Assembly (NCBI GenBank): GCA_037141255.1
Contig: JBAXCX010000001.1
Span: 67-64,066, forward strand
Direction: 5' to 3'
From: Actinomycetes bacterium
GTDB taxonomy: Bacteria > Actinomycetota > Acidimicrobiia > Acidimicrobiales > Microtrichaceae
Length of the DNA: 64,000 nucleotides
A program made the translations under genes and the position numbers. Under the pieces are notes generated by a model. The model did not search any database. It was not told the origin of the DNA and was given only the letters and a program-made list of their open reading frames with translations. Position 1 is the stretch's first letter, and each line of letters opens with the position of its first letter. This document shows positions 9,790-18,258 of this stretch, in pieces.

Positions 9790-11778
9790 TCAGCGGATTG
9801 CGGCGACGCGATCGGCTGAAGAAATCGCAGCTCCCACTCGCTCGCCCTCGATTACTGCTGAGTGGGCGCGCCGCGGAGCCACTGCGTCCCCGGCTCGATA
9901 CACGTCTATTCCTGCAGCCTTCAGCTCAAAGTACAGGTCATCTACTGGGTCAGCGGGCAGCGCTAGCACAAGCCAATCGGGCTCTCGGCTGAGCGACTCT
10001 CCGGTGGGATGATGCTGAAGCTGAACGGTATGACCCTCAATGCCCATAACACCAGAATTTGTGGTCTGCACAATTCCTTTGGAGCCCGCGCGGATCCACC
10101 AGTTCTCCATATCTAAGGTGATTCCCAAGTCCTGGCCGACCACCATGCCAGGGGTGATCACCTCTACTTTGCAGCCACGGTCAGCAAGTAGTTCGGCAAC
10201 AGAGGTGGCGTGATGAAAACCAATCTCATCGATCACGACAACGTCGCCCTCGGGGTGAACCCTGCCGGACAGAACGTCACGCACATCCACGATCCAGCCA
10301 ACTCCGCCAGCTAGATCCTCGGGCATCCAGTACGGAGTGGATGGCTGAGCGCCAGTGGCAATGATCACGGTTGACACACCGCGTCGCTCCACCTCCGCGG
10401 CAGTTACCGTCAGCTCGTACTCGAACTCAACACCGAGCCGACCGCACTCGTGGAGTTGGTTGCGCACCAGATCACCGAACTCCGCACGGTTGGGCACCGA
10501 GGCCGCCAAACGAACTTGTCCACCAGCGGCAGATTCTCGCTCGCAAACCGTCACATGGTGGCCGTTGCGCGCTGCAGCAATTGCCGCTTGCATTCCCGCT
10601 GGGCCGGCTCCCACAACAAGCACTTTGCGTCCAACACTCACCGTCTGAGCCAGACCCACACCCTGAGACTCGCGGCCGGTGCGCGGATTCTCGATGCATC
10701 CCAACCACCGGTTGAGCCCCATACGCCCCACGCACTCTTGATTGCAAGACAAACACAAGCGGGTGTCATCGGTGAAACCCGCCTTTGCCTTCCGAACAAA
10801 ATCCGGGTCGGCAATCTGCCCTCGGACGACCCCAACAAGATCACAGAACCCTTCGCTCAGGGCTCGCTCTGCTTGAAGGGGATCTTTGAATCGACCCACA
10901 CCCACCACTGGCAACTCAACCGCAGCGCGCAATGCCGCCGGAATGAACATGGCATAGCCAGGCGGGATATGCATAGACGCTTCGATCATGAACAGCGAGG
11001 CGGTGGCCACACCGATTGAGGTATTGATGTAATCGACCTGCCCGGTGGCTTCCACCATCTTCGCCACTTCAACGGCTTCGTCAATAGTGGTTCCACCCTC
11101 GATGAGTTCATCGCCGCAGAGGCGAACTCCGAGAGCCAATTCGGAGCCGATTTCGGCGCGAACTGCTGCAATAATCTCGATCAAGATGCGGGCGCGGTTC
11201 TCGAGCGAACCTCCGTAATCGTCGGTGCGCAGGTTTGTAGCGGGTGACAAGAACCCGCGCACGATCGAGGAGTGAGAGCACTGCAATTCCACTCCATCGA
11301 ATCCACCCTCCACGCAATGCCCGGCGACTAATGCGTACGAGGCAACGATCTGAGCTATCTCTGCTGAGTCAACGGCTTTGGGGACTTCTCGGAAGAGCGG
11401 ATCGGCAACGGCAGAAGGAGCCCAAACCGGCAGCCGCGAATACATCGAGGAGGCTTGACCGCCGTTGTGATTGATCTGCGCAAAAATCGGCACACGATAC
11501 CGGTGCACAGCATCAGTTATTCGGCGATACCCAGGAATCACCTCGCGATGAAACCCGTGAATCAGTTTCTCGTAGGGCCAATCGGTGGGATGGGTTGAAT
11601 GCTCTTCGGTGATGATGAGCCCCGCACCACCCTTAGCTCGCTCGGCGTAGTACGCGGCGTGTTGCTCCGTTGGAAGCCCGCCTTCGGCGTAGTTCGTGAG
11701 ATGTGCAGAAAAAACAATGCGATTACGCACGGTGACCGGACCCAATTGCAGCGGGGTCCAGATAATCTGCTCAGTCAT
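9790..11778 (-). CDS. Mycofactocin system FadH/OYE family oxidoreductase 2 (FMN, [4Fe-4S], FAD/nucleotide domain)
   Basis: NRIVFSAHLTNYA, TEEHSTHPTDWPYEK, intact CLSCNQEC-x11-C, VVGAGPAG. Confidence 0.9.
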   Translation of the reverse strand: MTEQIIWTPLQLGPVTVRNRIVFSAHLTNYAEGGLPTEQHAAYYAERAKGGAGLIITEEHSTHPTDWPYEKLIHGFHREVIPGYRRITDAVHRYRVPIFAQINHNGGQASSMYSRLPVWAPSAVADPLFREVPKAVDSAEIAQIVASYALVAGHCVEGGFDGVELQCSHSSIVRGFLSPATNLRTDDYGGSLENRARILIEIIAAVRAEIGSELALGVRLCGDELIEGGTTIDEAVEVAKMVEATGQVDYINTSIGVATASLFMIEASMHIPPGYAMFIPAALRAAVELPVVGVGRFKDPLQAERALSEGFCDLVGVVRGQIADPDFVRKAKAGFTDDTRLCLSCNQECVGRMGLNRWLGCIENPRTGRESQGVGLAQTVSVGRKVLVVGAGPAGMQAAIAAARNGHHVTVCERESAAGGQVRLAASVPNRAEFGDLVRNQLHECGRLGVEFEYELTVTAAEVERRGVSTVIIATGAQPSTPYWMPEDLAGGVGWIVDVRDVLSGRVHPEGDVVVIDEIGFHHATSVAELLADRGCKVEVITPGMVVGQDLGITLDMENWWIRAGSKGIVQTTNSGVMGIEGHTVQLQHHPTGESLSREPDWLVLALPADPVDDLYFELKAAGIDVYRAGDAVAPRRAHSAVIEGERVGAAISSADRVAAIR

Positions 11779-11814
11779 GGTTCTAACTTAGATCGGGAGC
11801 AGGCTCCGACCGAA

Positions 11815-12192
11815 TCAGTGAGACTCGGAGGAGCGACGACGTCCAATCAGAATCGAAGTCAGTCCTGCAACTGAAGACACCGCTGCTGCTGTTCCGCCAG
11901 CGACTGCAGCCACTCGCCCCCACAGAACCCGACCTTTTGATCCGTCAAGAAGCCCCGTCACCTTCCGATGCGAATCCACGAGCACTTCGCCAATTGGCTC
12001 CAAGCCAAAACCGATGAACTTGCCGTTGCGTACATGTCCGAACATGCCACCGGGCAAAGCAACAGCTACGTCGTCATGGCTTCGGAACATCCCGTTCGCG
12101 GACTTAGCTAATTCCACCGCGTTCTGGATCGTTCGTTCAAGTCCCGAACTCGTTGTTGAGATGGTCTCGCTGAGTACCGATGCTGCTGCCAT
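11815..12192 (-). CDS. Hypothetical protein with C-terminal hydrophobic tail
   Basis: Strong RBS (AGGAGG) 7 nt before ATG; fills the gap between the two OYE genes; Ala/Val/Gly tail followed by RRR. Confidence 0.7.
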   Translation of the reverse strand: MAAASVLSETISTTSSGLERTIQNAVELAKSANGMFRSHDDVAVALPGGMFGHVRNGKFIGFGLEPIGEVLVDSHRKVTGLLDGSKGRVLWGRVAAVAGGTAAAVSSVAGLTSILIGRRRSSESH

Positions 12193-12267
12193 TATGTTTC
12201 CTCCTGAGCGACTTCAAAATCCCGACTTTGCCCGTCTCGGGTTCTTATGCACAAGACCCGCCTAGTG

Positions 12268-12295
12268 AGGGTAGCGGCACAACGCCACAAGTCAA
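12268..12295 (-). promoter_or_regulatory. Sigma-70/SigA-type promoter for the 125-aa gene
   Basis: Minus strand TTGACT-16 nt-TACCCT. Confidence 0.55.
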
Positions 12296-12318
12296 CAGGT
12301 GAATGTCTAGCGATTCGC

Positions 12319-14319
12319 TCAGCCCAAGGCAATCGCTGCTCGTCGGCCCTCGAGAACAGCTTCGTAAATCGACCGTGGAGCAACGCAATCCCCCACACTG
12401 TTGGCCTGTACGAGCGAGGAATGAGCGAGTTCTAAGCCGAGGGCATCATTTGGCAGGCGGTGACCCGCGTCAATCAAGCCAGCAACAGGGATCGTCTCCA
12501 TTTTCGCAGAGAAGCGATCCTCAAACGTGGCCAGTTCAGCAGAGATCGAACGAAGCAGCACCCGCAGATGCAGCTGAACTCCGGACTGCAATAAACGAGC
12601 GTTCGCAGGCGCAAGATCGCCGGAACGAGCAAGTTCATTACCCGCGATGTTGTCTTGTGTAGCAAGGTGCACTTCCGTCCCGCGAGCAGCGAGCAGTTCC
12701 GCAACTGCCACTCCGATGGGTCCGCCGATCGGATCCCAGATCACAATTGGCCCATCGGGCAGGGCTTCAGGGTGATTGAGTGCCTCGACTGCCGTGCGGA
12801 CCACCGACCCGGGTTGTTGGTCGTAGCTGCGCAATCCATCTCGCCCGCCAACCGCGACAATGACATGACCATTCAGTTCATCGGCGGCGACAGAATGGTT
12901 GTTGATGAGTTCAACTCCACTGAGTCGGCACTCGGCCTCAAGCCAATCGACCAACAAAGCCAGGCGCTGCCAGCCCGGACCCTTTGAAGCTGTCCGCACC
13001 ATTCCGCCAAAGTTTTCAGCGGCTTCAAACAACCGCACCCGGTGTCCGCGAACTGCTGCGACTCGGGCTGCTTCAAGGCCACCGGGACCACCACCTACGA
13101 CGGTAAGTTCAACTTGGTGCGCAGCCGCAGCCTCGGGGAGCGCATCCTTTGTTTCGTAGCCAGAGAATGGATCTCCCAAGGCCGTCACGATGGGATTGCG
13201 ATTGTCACGGACCTGACTACGTTGATTCGACAAGGTACAGGGTCGAATTCGCGATGGCTGACCTGCTCGCAACTTGGCCACGAGGTCGGCGTCGGAGATT
13301 TGAGCGCGAGTCATCTCGACTGCGTCAGCAACTCCATCTGTCAGCGCCCATTCAGCCTGATCCACATCCACAATCGATCCCTGGGCTGCGACCGCTACGC
13401 GATCCTGAGTGGCTGCGCGCACTTGTTCGCGAACTGCTCGGGTGAGTTCCAGGTTGAACCCAGGAGGCGTATGGCCTCCGGGTCGAGTTGCCGACACCGA
13501 GTAGATCGATCCTCTCACCACGGTGAGCAGATCGATCGGCCCGAGTTGCGGTTCGCAGGCAATCTCTGCAGCTAACCCGGGAGCTTGCTCTGGGGTGATA
13601 CCAGCCCAAGGGGCGAGCTCGTCACAGGACAACCGCAGCGCAAGCAGTTTCTCGTTTCCAATCGAGGAGCGAACCACTGTCAGGAGATCGCGCAGAAAGA
13701 GTCGTCGATCGCCACCCCACTCGTCTGATCGCTGATTTGTCAGCCCGGACAGGAACTGCCGCACCAGCGAGTACTGACCTGCGTTGATCTCAACACCATC
13801 GCAGCCCGATTGCACTGCCAGTTTTGCGGCCTCAGCGAAGCCAGCGATTACTTCGGAGATGTCCTCGAGCTCCATCCACTTGGGAACCTCGCGAGAGTTG
13901 ACCTCGGGAACTCGTGACGGTGCCCAGAGCTCACGCTGGCTCCAATGAGAAGTTCCTTGGCCACCGGCATGGCCGAGTGCAGCGAGCACCAGCGAACCCT
14001 CCGAGGCGCAGGCCTCAACAACGCCGGCCCAGCCCTGTGCACACTGCGCGGCGAGCGGTGCTCGCTCATAAGGCCAATCCGACTCGTGCACCGAGGCCTC
14101 TTCAGTAATGATGACTCCGGCCCCGCCGACAGCTCGACGTTGGTAGTACGCAATATGGGCAGCAGAGATGGAACGTCCCGTTCCCAGATTGGTCTCGTGT
14201 GGGCCAAAAATGATTCGAGTCGGTGCCTGGACGGGGCCGAAGTCGAGTGGTTCAAGAAGTTTCACTCCCCCACTTTGGCTCAGCTGCGCGGACTCTCCCA
14301 AGCCCTCCGAAGTGATCAC
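12319..14319 (-). CDS. Mycofactocin system FadH/OYE family oxidoreductase 1
   Basis: FGPHETNLG, TEEASVHESDWPYERAP, EINAGQYSLVRQFLSGLTN, VRDNRNPIV, VVGGGPGG. The start may be GTG ~14265. Confidence 0.88.
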   Translation of the reverse strand: MITSEGLGESAQLSQSGGVKLLEPLDFGPVQAPTRIIFGPHETNLGTGRSISAAHIAYYQRRAVGGAGVIITEEASVHESDWPYERAPLAAQCAQGWAGVVEACASEGSLVLAALGHAGGQGTSHWSQRELWAPSRVPEVNSREVPKWMELEDISEVIAGFAEAAKLAVQSGCDGVEINAGQYSLVRQFLSGLTNQRSDEWGGDRRLFLRDLLTVVRSSIGNEKLLALRLSCDELAPWAGITPEQAPGLAAEIACEPQLGPIDLLTVVRGSIYSVSATRPGGHTPPGFNLELTRAVREQVRAATQDRVAVAAQGSIVDVDQAEWALTDGVADAVEMTRAQISDADLVAKLRAGQPSRIRPCTLSNQRSQVRDNRNPIVTALGDPFSGYETKDALPEAAAAHQVELTVVGGGPGGLEAARVAAVRGHRVRLFEAAENFGGMVRTASKGPGWQRLALLVDWLEAECRLSGVELINNHSVAADELNGHVIVAVGGRDGLRSYDQQPGSVVRTAVEALNHPEALPDGPIVIWDPIGGPIGVAVAELLAARGTEVHLATQDNIAGNELARSGDLAPANARLLQSGVQLHLRVLLRSISAELATFEDRFSAKMETIPVAGLIDAGHRLPNDALGLELAHSSLVQANSVGDCVAPRSIYEAVLEGRRAAIALG

Positions 14320-14324
14320 ATGTA

Positions 14325-15521
14325 TCAGGCGCGCTGTCGGCGCGTTGGTCGCAGCGTCACAGGAGAAGGCACGGGAACTCCGGGACGAGAGTGGTCTGCG
14401 CTTGAACTCGGCGCAGCGGCCCCGCTCGTTGCCAGTGCAGCTAGATACGGCTCCGCGTTACCAAGCACGCACTCGGGGTCTGGATCGGTGAGTTCCAGAC
14501 CAACAAAAAACTTTGAGGCCATGCAACCACCCTGGCAGGCGTCATAGCTGCCGCAGCTCGTGCAGGCACCCTCACTCTCGGGCTCGCGCAATGACAAGAA
14601 CAAGTCCGACTCACGCCACACCCTCGTGAAGCCACCTTCGTTGCGAATATTTCCTGCAAGAAACTCCTCGTGAATCACGAACGGGCAGGCGTAGACGTCG
14701 CCAACTGGATCGATGAGACAGACCACCCGGCCAGCGCCGCAAAGGTTCAACCCGGGCAGAGCGTCGCCAAGAGCCGAGAGGTGAAAGAAGGAGTCGCCTG
14801 TGAGTACCGTGGGTCGGTCCATGAGCCAGTAATACAGCTCTCGTTGTTGGGCCTGAGTTGGGTGAAGCGCTGCCCAAGAATCGACGCCGCGTCCTGATGG
14901 ACGGAGTCGGGTGACACGAAGTTGCGCTCCGTAGGCGTCGGCAATCGCTTTGAACTCATCGAGCTGGCTGACGTTATGGCGAGTCACCACCAGACTGATT
15001 TTGAACGGGCCGAACTCGGCTGCGGCAAGGTGATCCATGGCCGCACGAGCTGCTGCGAATGACCCCTCCCCTCGAACAAGATCGTTCACCTGAGCGTCTG
15101 CACCATCGATCGAAATCTGAATATCGAGATAATCCATTGCTGCGAGGCGCTCCGCGGCAGCAGCATCGATAAACGTTCCGTTCGTAGAGAACTTCACGCC
15201 CACCTTGTGCGCAGCGGCATACTCCAGAATCTCGAAGAAGTCGGCGCGCAGCATGGGCTCGCCGCCCCCGATGTTGACGTAAAACACTTGGAGGCGCTCA
15301 AGCTCATCGATGACCGCAAAGCACTCCTCGGTGGTCAGCTCCCGAGGGTCTCGACGACCGGAGGAAGACAAACAATGCACGCATGACAAGTTGCACGCGT
15401 AGGTCAACTCCCAGGTCAAACAGATTGGGGCATCCAGACCAAACTTGAACTCCTCGACGAGTGGCCGCGTTGCTGCTGGGGGTTGTGCGGGAACCTTGTC
15501 TCGTTGCTGCTCAAGCTGCAC
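14325..15521 (-). CDS. mftC: Mycofactocin radical SAM maturase MftC
   Basis: GLDAPICLTWELTYACNLSCVHC (CxxxCxxC), GGGEP, SPASM cysteines LCGAGRVVC...ACPF...CTSC...C...GGC...DPEC. Confidence 0.96.
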   Translation of the reverse strand: MQLEQQRDKVPAQPPAATRPLVEEFKFGLDAPICLTWELTYACNLSCVHCLSSSGRRDPRELTTEECFAVIDELERLQVFYVNIGGGEPMLRADFFEILEYAAAHKVGVKFSTNGTFIDAAAAERLAAMDYLDIQISIDGADAQVNDLVRGEGSFAAARAAMDHLAAAEFGPFKISLVVTRHNVSQLDEFKAIADAYGAQLRVTRLRPSGRGVDSWAALHPTQAQQRELYYWLMDRPTVLTGDSFFHLSALGDALPGLNLCGAGRVVCLIDPVGDVYACPFVIHEEFLAGNIRNEGGFTRVWRESDLFLSLREPESEGACTSCGSYDACQGGCMASKFFVGLELTDPDPECVLGNAEPYLAALATSGAAAPSSSADHSRPGVPVPSPVTLRPTRRQRA

Positions 15522-15774
15522 GAATCATCTCCGAAGTTTCAAGTGTGGCTAACGCGATCAAAAAGCTGGGCCACTTGTCCTTCTCGACCCCAACAGCTTC
15601 AAAGACTTGTCGAACGGAATTGTAAGAATCTAACGACTCAACGACGCGCAGCAGATCGGGGTGCTTCAGAAAGGAAAGCTTGCGGGTGTCAAAGCTGTAG
15701 GCCAGGGCCCCAAATCGTTCCGGCCGAAGCGACACATTTGGGCTGAGCTGGTAGCTCGCCTCAAGGTCAATCAC
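15511..15774 (-). CDS. mftB: Mycofactocin chaperone MftB (RRE/PqqD-like)
   Basis: VSLRPERFGALAYSFDTRKLSFLK. GTG 15774 lies 9 nt after a GAGGG RBS; alternative TTG 15783. Confidence 0.93.
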   Translation of the reverse strand: MIDLEASYQLSPNVSLRPERFGALAYSFDTRKLSFLKHPDLLRVVESLDSYNSVRQVFEAVGVEKDKWPSFLIALATLETSEMIRAA

Positions 15775-15786
15775 AAGAACCAACCC

Positions 15787-15942
15787 TCAGTAGACGCCAC
15801 ACATGCCGTCGATGGAGACTTCCTCGACGAGCAATTCTTCGAGGAGGAGCGGTCCATCTTGGTCTGCATCTACCGGTGTCTGATCGACGAGGAGTTCGGA
15901 AGTTCCTTGATCAGTAACTTCGGAGCGTTCATCAATGCTCAT
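15787..15942 (-). CDS. mftA: Mycofactocin precursor peptide MftA (51 aa)
   Basis: Not in the ORF track. Hand translation: MSIDERSEVTDQGTSELLVDQTPVDADQDGPLLLEELLVEEVSIDGMCGVY*, with the canonical IDGMCGVY terminus and a GAGG RBS. Confidence 0.97.
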   Translation of the reverse strand: MSIDERSEVTDQGTSELLVDQTPVDADQDGPLLLEELLVEEVSIDGMCGVY

Positions 15943-16103
15943 ATGAGCCTCACATTCTTGTCGGGCGAGTCGGGCAACGCATCAGATAGTACTGCCCGAG
16001 GGCTCGCTAGGGATTCAGCAAGCAACTCGTGGAGCACCTGACCGACAGCGGTTGCCGAGATGGACTAGAAGAAGGGGGTTGGCGAAGCGTCAACAACATC
16101 GCT

Positions 16104-16120
16104 TGACGTAACGTACGTCA
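16104..16120. promoter_or_regulatory. Perfect inverted repeat in the mftA/ADH divergent region, candidate operator
   Basis: TGACGTA-acg-TACGTCA. Confidence 0.45.
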
Positions 16121-16139
16121 GAAAATCTAGGGGGACTTT

Positions 16140-17273
16140 ATGCCAACCACGACTCGCGCTGCAGTGCTCTGGGAGACCGGAGCTGACTGGAAGATCGAGG
16201 AAGTTCGACTCGATGATCCCAAGGCAAATGATGTGCTCGTCACCATGAAGGCTGCCGGAATGTGTCACTCGGACGACCATGTGGTTACTGGTGACCTCCC
16301 TCTGCCCCTCCCCGTGATCGGCGGACACGAGGGCGCCGGCATCGTCGAAGCAGTCGGACCGGGTGTCACTACCTTGGCTCCAGGAGATCACGTCTCGGTG
16401 TCATTCATCCCCAGCTGCGGTCGATGCAAGTGGTGTTCCACGGGGCGGCAGTACCTCTGCGACGAGGGAGCCAAACTGTTCGACATCGGCATGATGAGCG
16501 ATGGCCGCGAAGCTCACTTTGTGAATAACGCTCAGGGGGACTCTCAAGCAGTGGGAAGATTTGCGCAGGTTGGCACCTTTTCTGAACAAATTCTGGTGAG
16601 CGAGAACTCACTCGTGAAGGTGGAAAAGGACCTGCCCTTCGGCGTGATTGCGTTGGTCTCATGCGGAGTTGCAACAGGGTTTGGATCAGCTACTGAACGT
16701 GCGGGCACCAAACCCGGGGACAACGTTGCAGTAGTGGGAGTGGGAGGCATTGGCATCAACGCGGTCCAAGGGGCTCGCATTGCAGGCGCAAAGCGTGTCA
16801 TCGCGATCGATCCCATTGAGTTCAAGCGAGAGCAAGCCATGGAATTCGGTGCCACGCACACCTTCTCCTCGATCGAGGAGGCCATGCTCGCCATCCCCGA
16901 TCTCACTTGGGGCGAGATGTGTGAGCGAGTCATCCTGTGCCCTGGCGTGATGCACGGAGACATGATTGAACCGGCGCTCGGTCTTACCTCGAAGGGTGGC
17001 ACCCTCGTCATAACGGGGCTTGCCCCGATGCTGGAAAATGATGCTCAGCTGAACGTGTTCATGTTGTCGATGATGAACAAGGAGATCAAGGGAACGGTGT
17101 TTGGTTCTTCTAATCCGCGAGCGATGATTCCCCAACTGCTCTCGATGTACCGAGAAGGTGGACTCAAGCTCGATGAGCTCATCACCACTCGCTATAGCCT
17201 TGATCAGGTGAATCAGGGCTACGCCGATATGGCCAGCGGACGCAACATTCGCGGCGTCATCGACTTCGCCTGA
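16140..17273 (+). CDS. NDMA-dependent (nicotinoprotein) Zn-alcohol dehydrogenase, mycofactocin-associated type
   Basis: GMCHSDDHVVTGD, GGHEGAG, SFIPSCGRCKWC...LCD, LVSCGVATGFGSA, GVGGIG, IDPIEFKRE; divergent from mftA. Confidence 0.85.
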   Translation: MPTTTRAAVLWETGADWKIEEVRLDDPKANDVLVTMKAAGMCHSDDHVVTGDLPLPLPVIGGHEGAGIVEAVGPGVTTLAPGDHVSVSFIPSCGRCKWCSTGRQYLCDEGAKLFDIGMMSDGREAHFVNNAQGDSQAVGRFAQVGTFSEQILVSENSLVKVEKDLPFGVIALVSCGVATGFGSATERAGTKPGDNVAVVGVGGIGINAVQGARIAGAKRVIAIDPIEFKREQAMEFGATHTFSSIEEAMLAIPDLTWGEMCERVILCPGVMHGDMIEPALGLTSKGGTLVITGLAPMLENDAQLNVFMLSMMNKEIKGTVFGSSNPRAMIPQLLSMYREGGLKLDELITTRYSLDQVNQGYADMASGRNIRGVIDFA

Positions 17274-17295
17274 CAACGCTGCACCAAACAAGCCT

Positions 17296-18240
17296 ATGCA
17301 AAAAACCTCTGGGCCCGAACTTTTAGACCTGTTGACGACTTCCGTCGTGGGGAGGCGCCGCGAGCTTGAATCAGTGGTGGCGGCGCTCTCTGCCGGACGG
17401 CACCTGCTACTCGAAGGGCCTCCAGGAACGGGCAAGTCAACGGTATTACGAGCAGTCGCCGAGGGGACCGGATCTGGATTTGAGTTTGTGGAAGGCAACG
17501 CTGAGCTGACCCCAGCGCGACTCGTGGGCAGCTTCGACCCATCGATCGTGCTCGCCGAGGGATACGTAGCAGCGGCGTTTGTAGATGGCCCTTTGCTGTG
17601 CGCGCTACGCGAGGGTTCGCTTCTGTATATCGAGGAAATCAACCGTATTCCGGAAGAAACTCTCAACCTGCTCATCACCGTGATGAGCGAAGCCGAACTA
17701 CACGTGCCGAGGCTTGGACGGGTTGAAGCGCACCCCAGCTTTCGACTTGTCGCCGCAATGAACCCGTTCGATTCGGTGGGGACTGCTCGCATCGCATCTG
17801 CGGTATACGACCGCTGCTGCCGACTCGCCATGCGGTATCAGAATGCCGAAGACGAGATAGAGATTGTTCGAGCGGTCGCATCGGCGGCCGCAGCGTACGT
17901 TGGTGTAGAGGTAGTGAAGTCTGCAGTCGCGATGGTGCGCGACAGCCGAACCCATAGCGAGATCCGCACGGGATCATCGGTGCGCGGGGCAATAGATTTT
18001 GTGATGGTGCTCAAAGAACTCGCAGAATTACGAGGCACCGCCACGCTGGAACCGTCGGTCACGCTCGATGCAGCCATGCTTGCACTCTCTGGGCGTATTC
18101 GAATCACGGAGGGCGGATCTCGAACGGCCGAAGAATTGGTAACGGAACTCTGGGAACGACAATTCGGCATCAGGGCTGCCGAGCAGCAGAGCAACCCTGA
18201 TGCCGCCTCTCAGCAGGGCGCTGCTCAGAAAAAAGCCTGA
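17296..18240 (+). CDS. MoxR-family AAA+ ATPase (MadB-like)
   Basis: Walker A GPPGTGKS, Walker B variant LLYIEEINR, FRLVAAMNPFD, GSSVRGAID. Confidence 0.9.
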   Translation: MQKTSGPELLDLLTTSVVGRRRELESVVAALSAGRHLLLEGPPGTGKSTVLRAVAEGTGSGFEFVEGNAELTPARLVGSFDPSIVLAEGYVAAAFVDGPLLCALREGSLLYIEEINRIPEETLNLLITVMSEAELHVPRLGRVEAHPSFRLVAAMNPFDSVGTARIASAVYDRCCRLAMRYQNAEDEIEIVRAVASAAAAYVGVEVVKSAVAMVRDSRTHSEIRTGSSVRGAIDFVMVLKELAELRGTATLEPSVTLDAAMLALSGRIRITEGGSRTAEELVTELWERQFGIRAAEQQSNPDAASQQGAAQKKA

Positions 18241-18258
18241 CCCCGCCACCTGGCGGGG
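18228..18258 (+). other. Putative programmed -1 ribosomal frameshift signal
   Basis: G_AAA_AAA (18228-18234), 6-nt spacer containing the stop, then hairpin CCCCGCC-acct-GGCGGGG (18241-18258). The -1 frame is the vWA frame. Confidence 0.7.

Noticed and set aside
12193-12261. Known riboswitch class (c-di-GMP, c-di-AMP, SAM-IV) in the orphan gene leader
   Set aside because: Only fragments such as GGCAAA and GAACCCG match and the full consensus is absent; kept only as an unassigned structured leader.
16686-17831. Long shadow ORFs (381 aa here; also 52593-53588, 50590-51444, 37611-38315, 23261-23941)
   Set aside because: They are antisense to well-supported genes, have no motifs, and are expected in high-GC DNA.
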